Assembly (NCBI RefSeq): GCF_963921235.1
Contig: NC_086107.1
Coordinates: 103,852,001 to 103,916,000, forward strand
Length of the DNA: 64,000 bases
Reading direction: 5' to 3'
Source: Mobula hypostoma
Taxonomy: Eukaryota
The notes under the pieces are model-generated. The model saw only the letters and a program-made list of their open reading frames with translations, had not been told where the DNA came from and searched no databases. This document shows, piece after piece, positions 48,186 through 60,481 of this stretch (within the stretch, counting starts at the first letter, position 1; each line of letters begins with the position of its first letter). A program made the translations under genes and the position numbers.

Positions 48186-51100
48186 TGTTATGTTTTTGTA
48201 ACTTCAAAACATTAAACTAGTTCAAAGGAAGACACAGGAGTTGGAAAATGCAGGTCTAATTTTAACTTTACTTTAAATGAGGTGTCTATGTATCACCTGG
48301 TAGCATGATAACATATGCAATTAACATATTTATACATGTAACCCATAATGAATTATTTAAACGAACAAGGTTGCTTAATCAAACTCTATATAACACACAC
48401 ACACACACACATATATATAATTACTCAAATATTATTGAAATATCAAATATACAACTCTCCTCCCTGCTTAGCTATAAACTCCAACTCAATATAGAATGCA
48501 TCTCAACTATATACACAGTGTGCTATACAATACAACTACTATATACAGACACGAGGAAATCTGCAGATGCTGCAATTTCAAGCAACACACATAAAAGTTG
48601 CTGGTGAACGCAGCAGGCCAGGCAGCATCTCTAGGAAGAGGTATAGGCGACATTTCGGGCCGAGACCCTTCATCACTATACTATATACAGTTCCGTACTA
48701 TATACAGACGTCAATGGCATAGTAAATTTTAAATTGTCCCATTCAGGCCTAAAGATTTAATCACTGTGGATGATTTCTTACTCTTGTGGGATAACATCTT
48801 TCGTGACAAGGGGGATCCCTCTGCTCAGCCAGTGAGACTTGTGGCTGGGACCTCCTCCGTGATGGTTGCAAGAGTTGGCTTTGGGACTGCAGGAAGTGGT
48901 TCAGACAGCTGTGGACACTTTTCTTCTCCTTCCTTTTTCTTCTTCAAGTTTGTGCATCTTCATCTTGGGAGGGTGCATTTAGTTCACTGGAGTATCCTCT
49001 TATTAATCCTTCATTGCTCTTCTTGGTTTCCTCATCCCCAACATCATCGGACAAATCCTCTGTTTTCCTATCTCCATTGACTTCTTTCTTTTTGGCCTTC
49101 TATTCGTCCAGCTGGGCTTTGGTCTTTGCGTCTCCTTTTACAAGCAACTTTTTGCCTCCCACTTGAAATTCATGCAATAATCTTAATGCAGGCAGAGCAG
49201 ATTCTGGTCCTTTATACTCAACAAAAGCTGAAAGCTTGCAACTTCCTTGTAACTCCTTAAAGTCTCTTCCATCTTAAAATCAAGTCACATTTCGCAAGTA
49301 ACTGCCTGATTAGTGTATCAGAGGCTTTATCAGATATGTTGCCTACATAAACTGTTGCAGTTGGACCACTACATCCGTTACTTTCACACTTCCTCTGAGC
49401 AGCATGGTCCTTCCTTGGTCCAATATTCTTTCCAACTAGAGGCTGAGATTAGCATTAACATCTGTTTATCCTCTGTTAGGCGACAGTTCGTTGTGTTCAG
49501 CTTGGAGACAGTTGCAGCATCATCCAGTACCTTTCTTAATTCACTTCCAGTTGGCTTCATTTCAGGGGATGTAGCATGCAAATGGTGGGTGGATCTCCAA
49601 TCAAGCTGTAGATGCCTCAACTAGTCCCATCCCCACAATACTGGCCCTCCTGTTTTTACCATATACAAGCCCAAAGTGGCTTATTGGTTGTTGTATTTCA
49701 CCGTTACAAATGTCATTCCCACTGGAGTTATCTTTTCTCCAGTATGGGCTCTTAGTTGGATATCTGCAGACTTCAGCTCAGTATCTTTGAAATGCCCTTC
49801 AAACTCATTTTGTGAAATGACTGAAACACTCAGGTAGTGTTCAATTCAATTTTAATTAATTCGCTGTTCACTTCTGGTGTAAGCCATATTACTTGTCTAT
49901 TGCAAATTTTCACACTTGTAAATCTCAAGGCTAGTGCTCTGTGTCACTCTCATCATTATCCATTTTTTTAAAATCAGAAGTGTGCAGTTTAGTGCTCTTT
50001 ATGAAACTGCAATTTTTAGCTTTTTCTCTTCCCTGCATAGTCCATTTATTTTTGTCAGCTCAACATACTCTTTGTATGTGTCCTACTTGGTTGCATTTTC
50101 TGCAAGTTTCACCCTTCAACCTGCATTGGTCTGGTGTATGAGAGCCCCTACCACAATGGTAACACAATTTGTTTGGCCAGGCAGGTTTCTGTTTAGATGT
50201 TGAAATTTTGTTCAAGGTCACTTTCATTCCTGACTGCAACTCAATTGCATCTCTGTCTGCAGTTTCCACTAAAACAGTGATATCAACTGCTCTCTTAAAG
50301 GTAAGTTGTGCTCCAGTTAGGAGCCATTGTTGAATGCTTTCTTGCAAGATTCCACAAACTAAATGATCTCTTAGTGTGACATTAAGCCCATTATTGAACT
50401 GACAATGCTCAATCTCTTCAATTCAGCCACATTTGCTGAAATGGACTCCCCTTCCTTTTGATTCCTCTTATGAAACCCCTAAAGCGTTCTGAAATCAACA
50501 ATAGCTTCAGCTCTAAATAGTCTTACATTACTTTGACAATATCAGGAAAGCTCATTTCTGCTGGTTTGATTAGAGCAGTTGAACTTTGAAGCAAACTGTA
50601 TGCCTTTAAACCCAATGAACTCAGCACAGTTGGTACTTGTGTCTCATTGGCTATTTCATTTGCTTCAAGATATTGTTGAATTAGCTCAGTATACATGAGC
50701 CAATTATCCATTGTGTAATCAAAAGCATCCATCTTTCTGATGTTGCCAGCCACTTCTGATTTTTTTAATGATTATTATCACCCAGTACTCACTCTTTATG
50801 AACTCATAAATTCTTGCTTTTTTTAAAAACTCGATCACGTCTTCCCTTCAGAAGAAAGCGTGCTGTGCTGCTTTTTATTTAATTCGATATTCCTCACTGC
50901 ATTCTTTTTTAGTTGTGTTTCACAGGTCAATAGCTGTCACAGATTCATTTTAAAAATAACTCCTCGCCAGTGTTATGTTTTGTAACTTCAACACATTAAA
51001 TTAATTCAAAGGAAGACATAAGAGCTGGAAAATGCAGGTCTAACTTCGAGTTTACTTTAGCGAAGCGTGCACAAATCACATGGTAGTGTGATGACCATGC

Positions 51101-51217
51101 AATTCATGTATTTATACATATAACCTATAATGAATTATTTAAATGAACAAGAATGCTTAATCAAACAATATATACCCAAGATTACTAAAATATTATTGAA
51201 ATATTAAAAACTCAAAG
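48186..51217 (-). mobile_element. Internally deleted Gypsy-type LTR retrotransposon, copy 2
   Basis: LTRs ~48186-48455 and ~50971-51217; TSD (A/G)CTAC; PBS-like TGGCGAGGAG; gag with CYHCGRGSH...C and CRKCNQVGHIQRVC knuckles; protease remnant. No RT seen. Confidence 0.88.
48549..48678 (-). mobile_element. 130-bp PLE pseudo-LTR insertion with 12-bp TSD
   Basis: TACTATATACAG at 48537-48548 and 48679-48690; the insert stops within the HHR core. Confidence 0.8.
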
Positions 51218-51649
51218 GCTACTGCCTACAATCCTACCATTAGAGAAATTCGGACAAGTTGCAATATCAAGCCGGGTGTAGAGGACATCAGAACTTGTTG
51301 GAAGGACAGCTACCCATACAACAATTAGTGGGAGTGTTGGATCGGGGTGTAGAATTGTTACTTATCTTGTTTAATTTTACTATGCTTAATTGTATTTTTA
51401 TATAATCACCATTGTTCGGTGAATTTCCAGTAATTACGGTACAGTTGCTTCTGTATTTTTTCTAGAAACTTCTTAGTTTTCACACAAGGTGTCACACTAC
51501 TTGAATCTGGCTATTTTGTAGACGAATTGTTCTCACTGAAATTTTTGCTTATCATTAGTCAGAGTATGACACCACATCAACTGCTTTTTCTTTTTCCTTT
51601 GTTCTCTCAGTTCCTCTTTCTTTGTCCTTGTAACACTAATAAAATAAAG

Positions 51650-52460
51650 TGGGTGGCAGTTCTGTGGGCAAAATCACCCTGTTAATGATGGAGGTCGGAG
51701 GAGAATGGTCAGAGTGGTTCAAACTGACAGGAAGGCAACAGTAACTCAAATAACCACATGTTACAACAGTGGTGAGCAGAAGAGTATCTCTGAACGTACA
51801 ACACGTTGAACCTGAACTAGAACAAGCAGGATCTCCCGGAGGCCACCCATCTTAATTCCATTTCCCATCCCCATTCCAATATGTCCATCCATGGCCTCCT
51901 CCACTGTCGTGATGAGGCCACACTCAGGTTGGAGGAACAACACCTTATATTCCATCTGAGTAGCCTCCAACCTGATGGCGTGAACATTGACTTTTCGAAC
52001 TTTTGGCAATGATCCCCTCCCTTCACCATTCCCCATCCCCTTTTCCCTCTCTCACCTTATCTCCTTGCCTGCCCATCCCCTCCCTCTGGTGCTCCTCACC
52101 TCTTTTCTTTCTTCCATGGCCTTCTGTCCTCTTCTATCAGACTCCCTCTTCTCCAGCCCTGGATCTCTTTCACCAATCAACTTCCCTTCAGGTTTCCTCT
52201 ATCATTTTATGTTTCTCAATCCCCTCTCCCCACCTTTTAAATCTACTCTTCAGCTTTTTTTTCTTCAGTCCTGTCGCGGGGTTTTGGATCAAAATGTCGA
52301 CTGTACTCTTTTCCATAGTTCCTCCAGCATTTTGTGTGCATTGCTTGGTTTTCCAGCATCTGCAGATTTTCTCTTGTTTGTGATCGAACCTTAAGTGGAT
52401 GGGCTACAGCAGCAGAAGTCTACAAATGTACAGTCAGTGGCCACTTCATTAGATACAGGA
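51650..52460 (+). mobile_element. Tc1 remnant with nested PLE 3' part (51822-52384)
   Basis: Tc1 ...VVQTDRKATVTQITTCYNSG.QKSISE coding; nested EEQHLIFHLSSLQPDGVNIDFSNF. Confidence 0.75.
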
Positions 52461-52929
52461 GATACAGGAGCTACTGAATGTACCATCAACGTCATCATGT
52501 GCCGTGCCGTATGACGTCAGAGGTCATGGATGACCATGATTGGTCTTGGCAAATTTTGCTCCAGAAGTGGTTTGCCATTGCCTTCTTCTAGGCAGTGTCT
52601 TTACAAGACGGGTGGCCCCAGCTATCATCAATTCTCTTCAGAGATTGTCTGCCTGGTGTCAGTGGTCGCATAACCAGGGCTTGTGATATGCTCCAGCTGC
52701 TCATACGACCATCCACCACCTGCTCCCATGGCTTCACAAGACCCTGATCGGGGGCGGGGGGGGGAAGGGCAGGGGGCGGTGTCAGGGGCTAAATAGGTGC
52801 CCCTTGCCCAAGGGTGACCTTCAGGCTAGTGGAGGAAAGGAGAACTTTATACCTCCTTTGCTGGAGACGTATCGCCATGCTGCCATCCAATTGAGTGTAT
52901 ACAGATATTTTTAACCTCTCTTTACTTCC

Positions 52930-53775
52930 TTCAGAAGTTCCCACCAGCTTTAAGGAGACCACCGTCTTCTCAGAAAAATAAGGTAAGGTGCCTTAATGAG
53001 AACCATCCTGTGGCTCTGACATCTACCATCATGAAGTGCTTCGAGAAGCTGGCACACAGCAGTTCCAGTCTCCCAGACAACTTCAACCCTCAGCACTCTG
53101 GTGAAACAGGTCTGTGGCAAATGCCATCTCCCTGGCTCTGCCCTCATCTCTGGAGCATCTGGACAGTAAAGGTGCCAATGTTAGACAATTGCTTTTTGAC
53201 TACAGCTTCTCCTTCAATACTATCATTCCAAACAAATGTACCTCCAAATGCCCAGACTGGGACTCAACACCTCCCTTTGCAATTGGATCCTTAAGTTCTT
53301 GACCAAACTTCTATCATGTCATGGAGACTTACCATTAAACCGAGGGGTCCATGATGTGCTGAGCTGTCTGCAGTTCCTTGCAATCTTGGGCAGAGCAGTT
53401 GCCCGCACCAAGCCCTGAATAGAATGATTTCGATGGTGCTTTGGTAAAAATTGCTGAGGCTCAATGGGAACATGCCTAATTTCATTAGCCTCCTGAGCAA
53501 CTAGTGAGCTTTCTTGACCATGTCATCTGCCTGCTTAGACCAGGGCTGGCTACTGGCAATGCTCCAAGGAACTTGAAGCTTTCAACCCCCTTGACCTCAG
53601 CACTGTTGATGTAAACAGGAGTGGGTGCACTGCCCTCCCTTGAAGTCAATCACTAGCTCTTCTATTTTAGTGACATTGACGGAAAGGTTGTTGTCATGGC
53701 AACACATCACTAGGCTCTCCGTCTCCTTCCTGTACCTGACACATCATTATCTGAGATACAGTTCACTACAGTGGT
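52930..53775. mobile_element. Rex1 RT fragment with internal inversion near 53300
   Basis: Plus-strand ALTSTIMKCFEKL...LCNWIL, then the downstream RT part on the minus strand. Confidence 0.65.
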
Positions 53776-55317
53776 TTAATCTAGAAACTATGTTCTGTGT
53801 AACTCAGTAATTGTGCCAATAGTAAACCAATTAAGTACATGATTCATGGGGTTAACAGATCCCACGACTGAGTGTGAACCTTGTTGTGTGCCTCAATAAC
53901 CTGGGGAGCTATATTGGCTGGAGTCAGGGTTTTATGCTTTCGTTCTTGGGAAGGTCACCCATGCCAAACAGGTCAAAGGGTAGAGGTCAGGCTAAGAGTG
54001 GCCCACCGGTCCTCCAGGCTCGGGATTTCAGCTCAGGCCTAACGACCCTGACAGAATTGTTATGGAAACAGCAAAGAAGAATCCTTCTACATCTGAGTGC
54101 GACAGTATTCCTGAGTCTGCACCTGGGACTTGCATGACTGACAGCAGTGAAAACCGAGAGGAAGCTTTTTGTACATTCTCCACATGATCGCATGGGTTTC
54201 CTTCCAATGTCCAAAGATGTCCAAAAATAATGGTAGATTATTGTAAACACGAAGGAAGCACTGAGCACAACCAGAAATGGAGGACCTTCATTGCTGCCCT
54301 AAATGCCAGCGACGTAACAGACAGGAATATGTGTCTACATTGCACACACGCTCTACCTCAGGTCTCTAAGTAAAGGAAGGGGACTTGCAGGTAGCTAAAT
54401 ATCCACAGGGTATGACGCAGATCATTTCCAAGAGAATTTTTTAAATTTTAAAACTAAACTTTATTCATAACAAAAAAATTATACCAATGAATAAACACAA
54501 GAGATTCTGCAGATGTTGAAGATCAAGAGCAATACACACACACAGGCTGGCAAGGGGGCATAGTGGTTGGCACAATGCCCTACAGTACCAGTCTGTAAGG
54601 AGTTTGTACGTTCTCCACATGATCGCATGGGTTTCCTCCCAATGTCCAAAGATGTCCAAAAATAATGGTAGGTTATTGTAAATTATTCCATAGTTAGGCT
54701 AGGATTAAATTGGAGGATTGCTGGGTGGCATGGATCCACGGGGGTTGAGGGAACAGTTCGCATTCATGGCATCCTAACTCCTGAATCACCAACTGGAAGT
54801 TTAGAGGAGCGGGATCCTGAACTGTAGGTCAATCGGTTCTACAGAATTCGAAGGCCAATGGCCAAAGTCTGGAGACTGGAGGCCAGAGGCCTGTCCTGGA
54901 GCTGGAGGAATAGGTGAAGTCAGGTGGGTGGGAAAGGTAAAGGGCTGGAGAAGAAAGAATCTGATAGGAGAGGAGAGTGGACCACAGGAGAAAGCTTGGT
55001 TGTGCTGAGGACAACCTTTGTCTTGGGGACCTGAATAAAAATCCCTGAAAGGATGATGTAGTTGCTGTCATCCAGAGAACTGAAGTGAAAAGACTCTTGT
55101 TTAAAGAAAAGCATTTGAAATATTTCTGACAGGAGAGGAGAGAACTAATCTAGGCATTCTCCTCTGATCTCTCCCATTGACAAATGTGGCCTCCTCTACG
55201 TTAGGGAGGCCCAGGTTCAATTCCCACCCCTGCCTGTAAGGGGTTTGTACGTTCTCCCCATGACTGTGTGGGTTTCCTCCAGGTGTTCCCATTTCCTCCC
55301 ACAGTCCAAAGACGTAC

Positions 55318-56187
55318 TGTTACGTAACCGGCAACAATGAATATCAATCGAGACAGGTTATATAAAAACAACCAAACATTTATTAAACACGGATAAACAA
55401 TAAAAAAAACAAACAAAAACCTTAACCGGAAGTTAACCGCTATGCAGTCGTTCAACGAATCGTCACTCGGCACTGATTCCTAAAGCGTTAAATGCGAAAA
55501 CAGTTCTTAAAGCTGTAAAGTCAGGTATAGTTCTTAAAATGGTAAATTCGAAAGTTCAACAGACTTATACGTTCAGTTAGGAGAGACTTCTCTGGAGAAG
55601 GATTTCTTCATAGACGTGACTTTCCTGTTGGTTCTGTCCAAAGGATTCACGATGCGGGAAGTAAACAGTTTAAAACAGCCGACCTTAAATTCTAGAGAAC
55701 ACTTTGCATGAACTACCCTGCTCTTTTGGCAAGAGTTGTCTTTGATGCAGGTCACTACTCCTTCAACGAAGATTCAATAAAGTTGATCCTTTGTTAAACT
55801 GCCGAACGATACCAACTTCTCTTAATCCTTCAGGTCCTGTACTTTGATAAAGTCGTCACTCTCCAGTACTGCTGGAAAAAGGTACATCAACACATCTAGC
55901 AAAAGTTGCCAGTCCAGCACTATTGTACCTTGCAACAGAACGTAACACTCAGTTTTAAAAATGAAACTGCGTCATAAAAACAAAAACACAACAGAAACGG
56001 AGACACATTAACGTTCTAGCTGGAAAACTAAAAACTAACTGCATCAGCTGGGGTCTTCCTTTATGTACCCATAGTGCACACGTCATCACGTGACCTCACA
56101 ACGGCGGAAAAATTACATCAGGTGCCCTCCAAAAGACCATTACATCATTCTCACAAAAAAAATCACAAGATCTCAAGGTATGTAACT
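55318..56187 (-). mobile_element. Solo LTR (870 bp) inserted in a V-SINE
   Basis: TGTTACGTAACC...GGTATGTAACT termini; GTAC TSD at 55314-55317 and 56188-56191; the V-SINE continues on both sides (55200-56310). Confidence 0.8.
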
Positions 56188-56347
56188 GTACCGATTGGGT
56201 AGGTTTATTGGTCATTATAAATTGTCCGATGATTAGGCTAGGATTAAATCGAGGGTTGCTGAGCAACACGGCTCAAAAGCTGGAAGGGCCTGTTCCACGC
56301 CGTATCTCAATAAACAAATAAAAAACAAACCCAAACATTTCTCATTT

Positions 56348-56920
56348 CCCCAAACAGTCCTTCCAGGTGAGGCAACACCTCACCTGCGAATCTGCTGGGG
56401 TCCTCCATTGTGTCCAGTGCTTCCAATGCGGCCTCCTCCACACTGGTGAGACCCATCGTAAATTGAGGGACCCACTTCATCGAGCACCTCAGCTCCATCT
56501 GCCAAAAGCAGAATTTCCTGGTGGCCAAACATTTTAATTCCCATTCTCATTCCAGTCCGACATGAAGGTCCATGGCCTTCTCACAGAGGAGGAGCAATGC
56601 CTTATATTTCATCTGGATAGCCTCCAACCAGACGGCATGAATATTGATTTCTGCTTCCGGTAAAAAAATGTTTCCCTCCCCCTCCCCTCTTCTTCTATTC
56701 CCCACTTTGGCCTCTTACCTCTTTTCACCTCCCCCAGGTCCCTTTCTCCCATGGTCCACTCTCCTCTCCGATTCCTTCTTCTCCAACCCCTTCCCTTTCC
56801 CATTCACCTGGCTTCACCTATTACCTGCTGTCTCTCCTCCTTTCCCTCCCCCCCCACCTTTTTACTCTGCCATCTTCCTTCTTCCTTTCCAGTCCTAAGG
56901 GGTCTCTGCCTGAAACATCA
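56348..56920 (+). mobile_element. Penelope-like element GIY-YIG region + UTR
   Basis: FQVRQHLTCESAGVLHCVQCFQCGLLHTGET: decayed GIY-YIG with CxxC. Confidence 0.8.
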
Positions 56921-57111
56921 ATTGGAGAGAGTTGGTAGACCGCCGGACCGGGTAGACTTGGAGCGAGGGTCCGAAGAGCAGCGACGATCAGGGGAGCTCA
57001 GTGGTGGATGACCTGCTTATCAGTGAGATCCAACATTGCACAACAGACTGTTTCATAAGATTGGACCCTTCTTCTTCTTTTTTCATTTTCTTTACTACTT
57101 TACTAAAGGGA

Positions 57112-57741
57112 GGGAGGAAAAGATGGCAGCACGACGCAGCTTGCAGCAGCCTCTCTGGTGAATGATATCTGTAATTTGTCAAGTAGGATGCCGTGCACAA
57201 TCATGATTTAATGGACACAGACGTGAAAGTACGGAGGAACATCTGGTGAAACTTCTGAAATGCCTGTTTCGCCACAGCTGCTGCTATGTGATCCAGAATC
57301 TCCGGAGGGGAAGACCCCAAGTCCTCGGTTCTGCTTGTTGCTCGGCGGTCAGGGTGGGGTCAAAGCACTAGGCAGAGATGGTGCTCGGTGTCGGAGGGCT
57401 GGTCGGAGGCTCGAAGTTTTCGGACGGACTCAGAGTCGGCTGGGTCGGGTGCTCCAATGCATCGGTAAGTTTGCGGCGCTTCCATCTGCGTGAGATGATG
57501 GGGCTATCGGGACTTGAGACTTTTTTTTACCGTGCCCTTGGTCTGCTCTTTATCAAGTTACGGTATTGCTTTGCACTGTTGTAACTATATGTTATAATTA
57601 TGTAGTTTTGTCAGTTAGTCTTGGTTTGTCCTGTGTTTCTGTGATACCTTTCTGGAGGAACATTGTATCATTTTTTAATGCATGCATTTCTAAATGACAA
57701 TAAACGAGGACTGAGTTTCCTCATAATCTAATCTAATCTAA
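57112..57741 (+). mobile_element. Full-length ~650-bp retroposon
   Basis: AAAGATGGCAGC head and CATAATCTAATCTAATCTAA tail. Confidence 0.85.
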
Positions 57742-58229
57742 CCATATAGTCAAAGCGAGAATTATAAAGCTTAATCGTTCAATCGCATATTGCGTACTGT
57801 TGCTATTTTGGGGTACTGATTTGTAACAGGGGACACATCGCGCAGCATCTACCCAAACGAGATTTCTTAAGTTTGGCCGGGCCGGGGGCTATCATTAAGC
57901 TGCTAGCCAAAGCGTGAGTTGCTCACATTGGAGAGGCTCCAGAGGAGGTTTACAAGAATAACCCCAGAAATGAAAGGGTTAAAATATGAGAAGCGCTTGA
58001 TGTCCCTGCGCCTGTACTCACTGGAGTTAGAAGAAGTAAGGGGAGTCTCACTGAACTTAGGTACTGACCATTACACTGCTGGCATTTAGGGCAGCAATGA
58101 AAATCTTCCATCTCTGGTGGTGTTCAAGGCTTCCTTCATCGTGTCAGCAGCTTTCTGTCAGTTTTCACTGCTGTCGGTCCCAGGTGGAGACTCAGGAATA
58201 CTGTCACACTCAGATGTAGAAGGATTATT

Positions 58230-58911
58230 TGCAGGTACAGCAGGCGGTGAAAAAGGCAAATGGTATGCTGGCATTCATAGCAAGAGGATTCAAGTACAGG
58301 AGCAGGGAGGTACTACTGCAGTTGTACAAGGCCTTGATGAGGCCACATCTGGAGTATTGTGTGCAGTTTTGGTCCCCTATACTGAGGAAGGACAATCTTG
58401 CCATAGAGGGAGTACAAAGAAGGTTCACCAGATTGATTCCTGGGATGGCAGGACTTTCATATGATGAAAGACTGGATCAACTAGGCTTATACTCGTTGGA
58501 ATTTAGAAGATTGAGGGGGGATCTTATTGAAACATATAAAATTCTAAAGGGATTGGACAGGCTAGATGCGGGAAGATTATTCCCGATGTTGGGGAAATCC
58601 AGAGCGAATGGTCACAGTTTAAAGATAAAGGGGAAGCCTTTTAGGACCAAGATGAGGAAAAACTTCTTCACACAGGGAGCGGTGAATCTGTGGAATTCTC
58701 TGCCACAGGAAACAGTTGAGGCCAGTTCATTGGCTATATTTAAGAGGGAGTTAGATATGGCCCTTGTGGCTAAAGGGATCAGGGAGTATGGAGAGAAGGC
58801 AGGTACAGGGTTCTGAGTTGAATGATCAGCCATGATCATACTGAATAGTGGTGCAGGCTCGAAGGGCCGAATGGCCTACTCCTGCACCTATTTTCTACGT
58901 TTCTACGTTTC
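58230..58911 (+). mobile_element. Young CR1 3' part nested in an RTE-derived element
   Basis: Uninterrupted 195-aa C-terminal ORF (LYKALMRPHLEYCVQFWSP...RGDLIETYKI); (TTTCTACG)n tail. Confidence 0.92.
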
Positions 58912-60481
58912 ATTGCTGTTTCCAGAACAGTTTTGTTTGACCAGTCAGGGTTGTTAGTCCTGAGCTGAACCCCTGAACATAGAGGATCGGTTAACCACTC
59001 TTAGTCGGGCCTCTACCCTTTGACCTGTTTGGCATGGGTGACCCTACCAAGAACCAAAGCATAAAGCCCTGACTCTGGCCAACGTAGCTCTCCGGGTCAC
59101 TGAGGTATGCAAGCCTCCAAACCCAACGACAAGGATGAGAGGGATCTCACTGATACATAGTGGATATTGAAAGGACTAGACACAATGAGCTTGGGAAGTA
59201 TGTTTCCAATAGTGGGAGAGTTTAGAACCAAAGGACACAGCCTCAGAATACAGACATCTATTTAGAATATATATAAGGAGGAATTTCTTTAGCCAGACAG
59301 TGGTGAAGCCAGACAGCTGTGGAGGCCAAGCTATTGGGTTGACAAGTGGAGGTTGATAGCTTCTTGATCAGTAAGGGTGTCAAAGGTTACAGGGAGAAGG
59401 CAGGAGAATGGGGCTGAGAGGGAAAATAAATCAGCTATGACCAAATGGCGGAGCAGATTCAATGGGCTGGATGGCCTAGTTCTGCTCTACGTTTTATGAT
59501 CTATGATGGTTATTAAGAATTAAAACAGGATTTTGTTCAGCAAGATAAATGGGATGAATAAGGGCAAATGAAGATTAATTCAGATCTGTGCAAATTACTG
59601 TATTTAAATCAGGGTAAGACTTAAAAACACCAGGGCCCTTGGCAGTGTTGTAGAACAGAGGGATTTGGGATATGGTTCCCTGAAAATGCCATCACAAGTA
59701 GACAGAGTGGTGAAGAAGGCTTTTGGCATGCTGGCCGTCATCGGTCAGGGCACTGAATATAGATGTTGGGATGTTAGTTTGCAGTTGTAAAACATGTTGG
59801 CGAGACTTCATTTGTAAAATTGTGTTTAATTGTGGCCACTCTGCCTCGGACAGATGCCATTCTGCAGGAAAAAGTGCACAAGAGATTATGAGGATGTTGT
59901 CAGAACTCGTTGGCCTGAACTATAGTGAAAGACTGAGCAGACTAGGACTTTATTTATTGCAGCATAGGAGAATGAGGGGTGACTTTAGCAATAACATCAT
60001 CATTATGTGCCATGGGCAATCATGGTCTTCTATTTGAGAAGTTCTTTTCTATCCATGACCATGATTGTTCTTGGGAATTTTTTTCTATAAAACCGGTTTG
60101 CCATTGCTTTCTTCTGGGCAGTGTCTTTACAAGATGGGTGACCCCAGCCATTGTTAATACTCATCAGAGATTGTCTGTATGGAGTTAGTGGTCACATAGA
60201 CAGGATTTGTGATCTGCACCAGTTGCTCATACGACCATCTACCACCTGCTCCCATGGCTTCATATGAGCCTGACTGGGGGGGCTAAGCAAGTGCTATACT
60301 TGTCCAAGGGTGACCCACAGGCTAGTAGAGGGAAAGAGCACCTTACACTTCCTTCAGAAGAAGCGTATCTCCACCCTACAACCCTAGGTAGCCTTATAGT
60401 GGTGTTTTAAATCATGAGGTGGATAGGTAGGGTGAATGCACAAAGTCTTTTTCCTGGGGTTGGGGAGTCAAGAGTTAAAGG

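Larger units (their letters stand above)
47500..51320 (+). pseudogene. Fossil pogo/Tigger-like DDE transposase interrupted by later insertions
   Basis: Ordered motifs YHPGIQRTLKGYSKTNRPLAWRAN (~47587), FFIDNGPGYP (~47933), SLVQPMKQGAIT (~48147), and after the LTR element NIKPGVEDIRTCW; compare Tigger NPRALK..LPV.WRSN, DNAPGHP, IQPMDQGVI. Confidence 0.6.

Noticed and set aside
51464..51650. Acceptor plus AATAAA resembling a terminal exon
   Set aside because: AT-rich sequence at the end of the transposon fossil; such signals are expected by chance.
56925..57900. Possible LTR/ERV-like remnant around the 57112 insertion
   Set aside because: No clear termini, TSD or coding motif visible.
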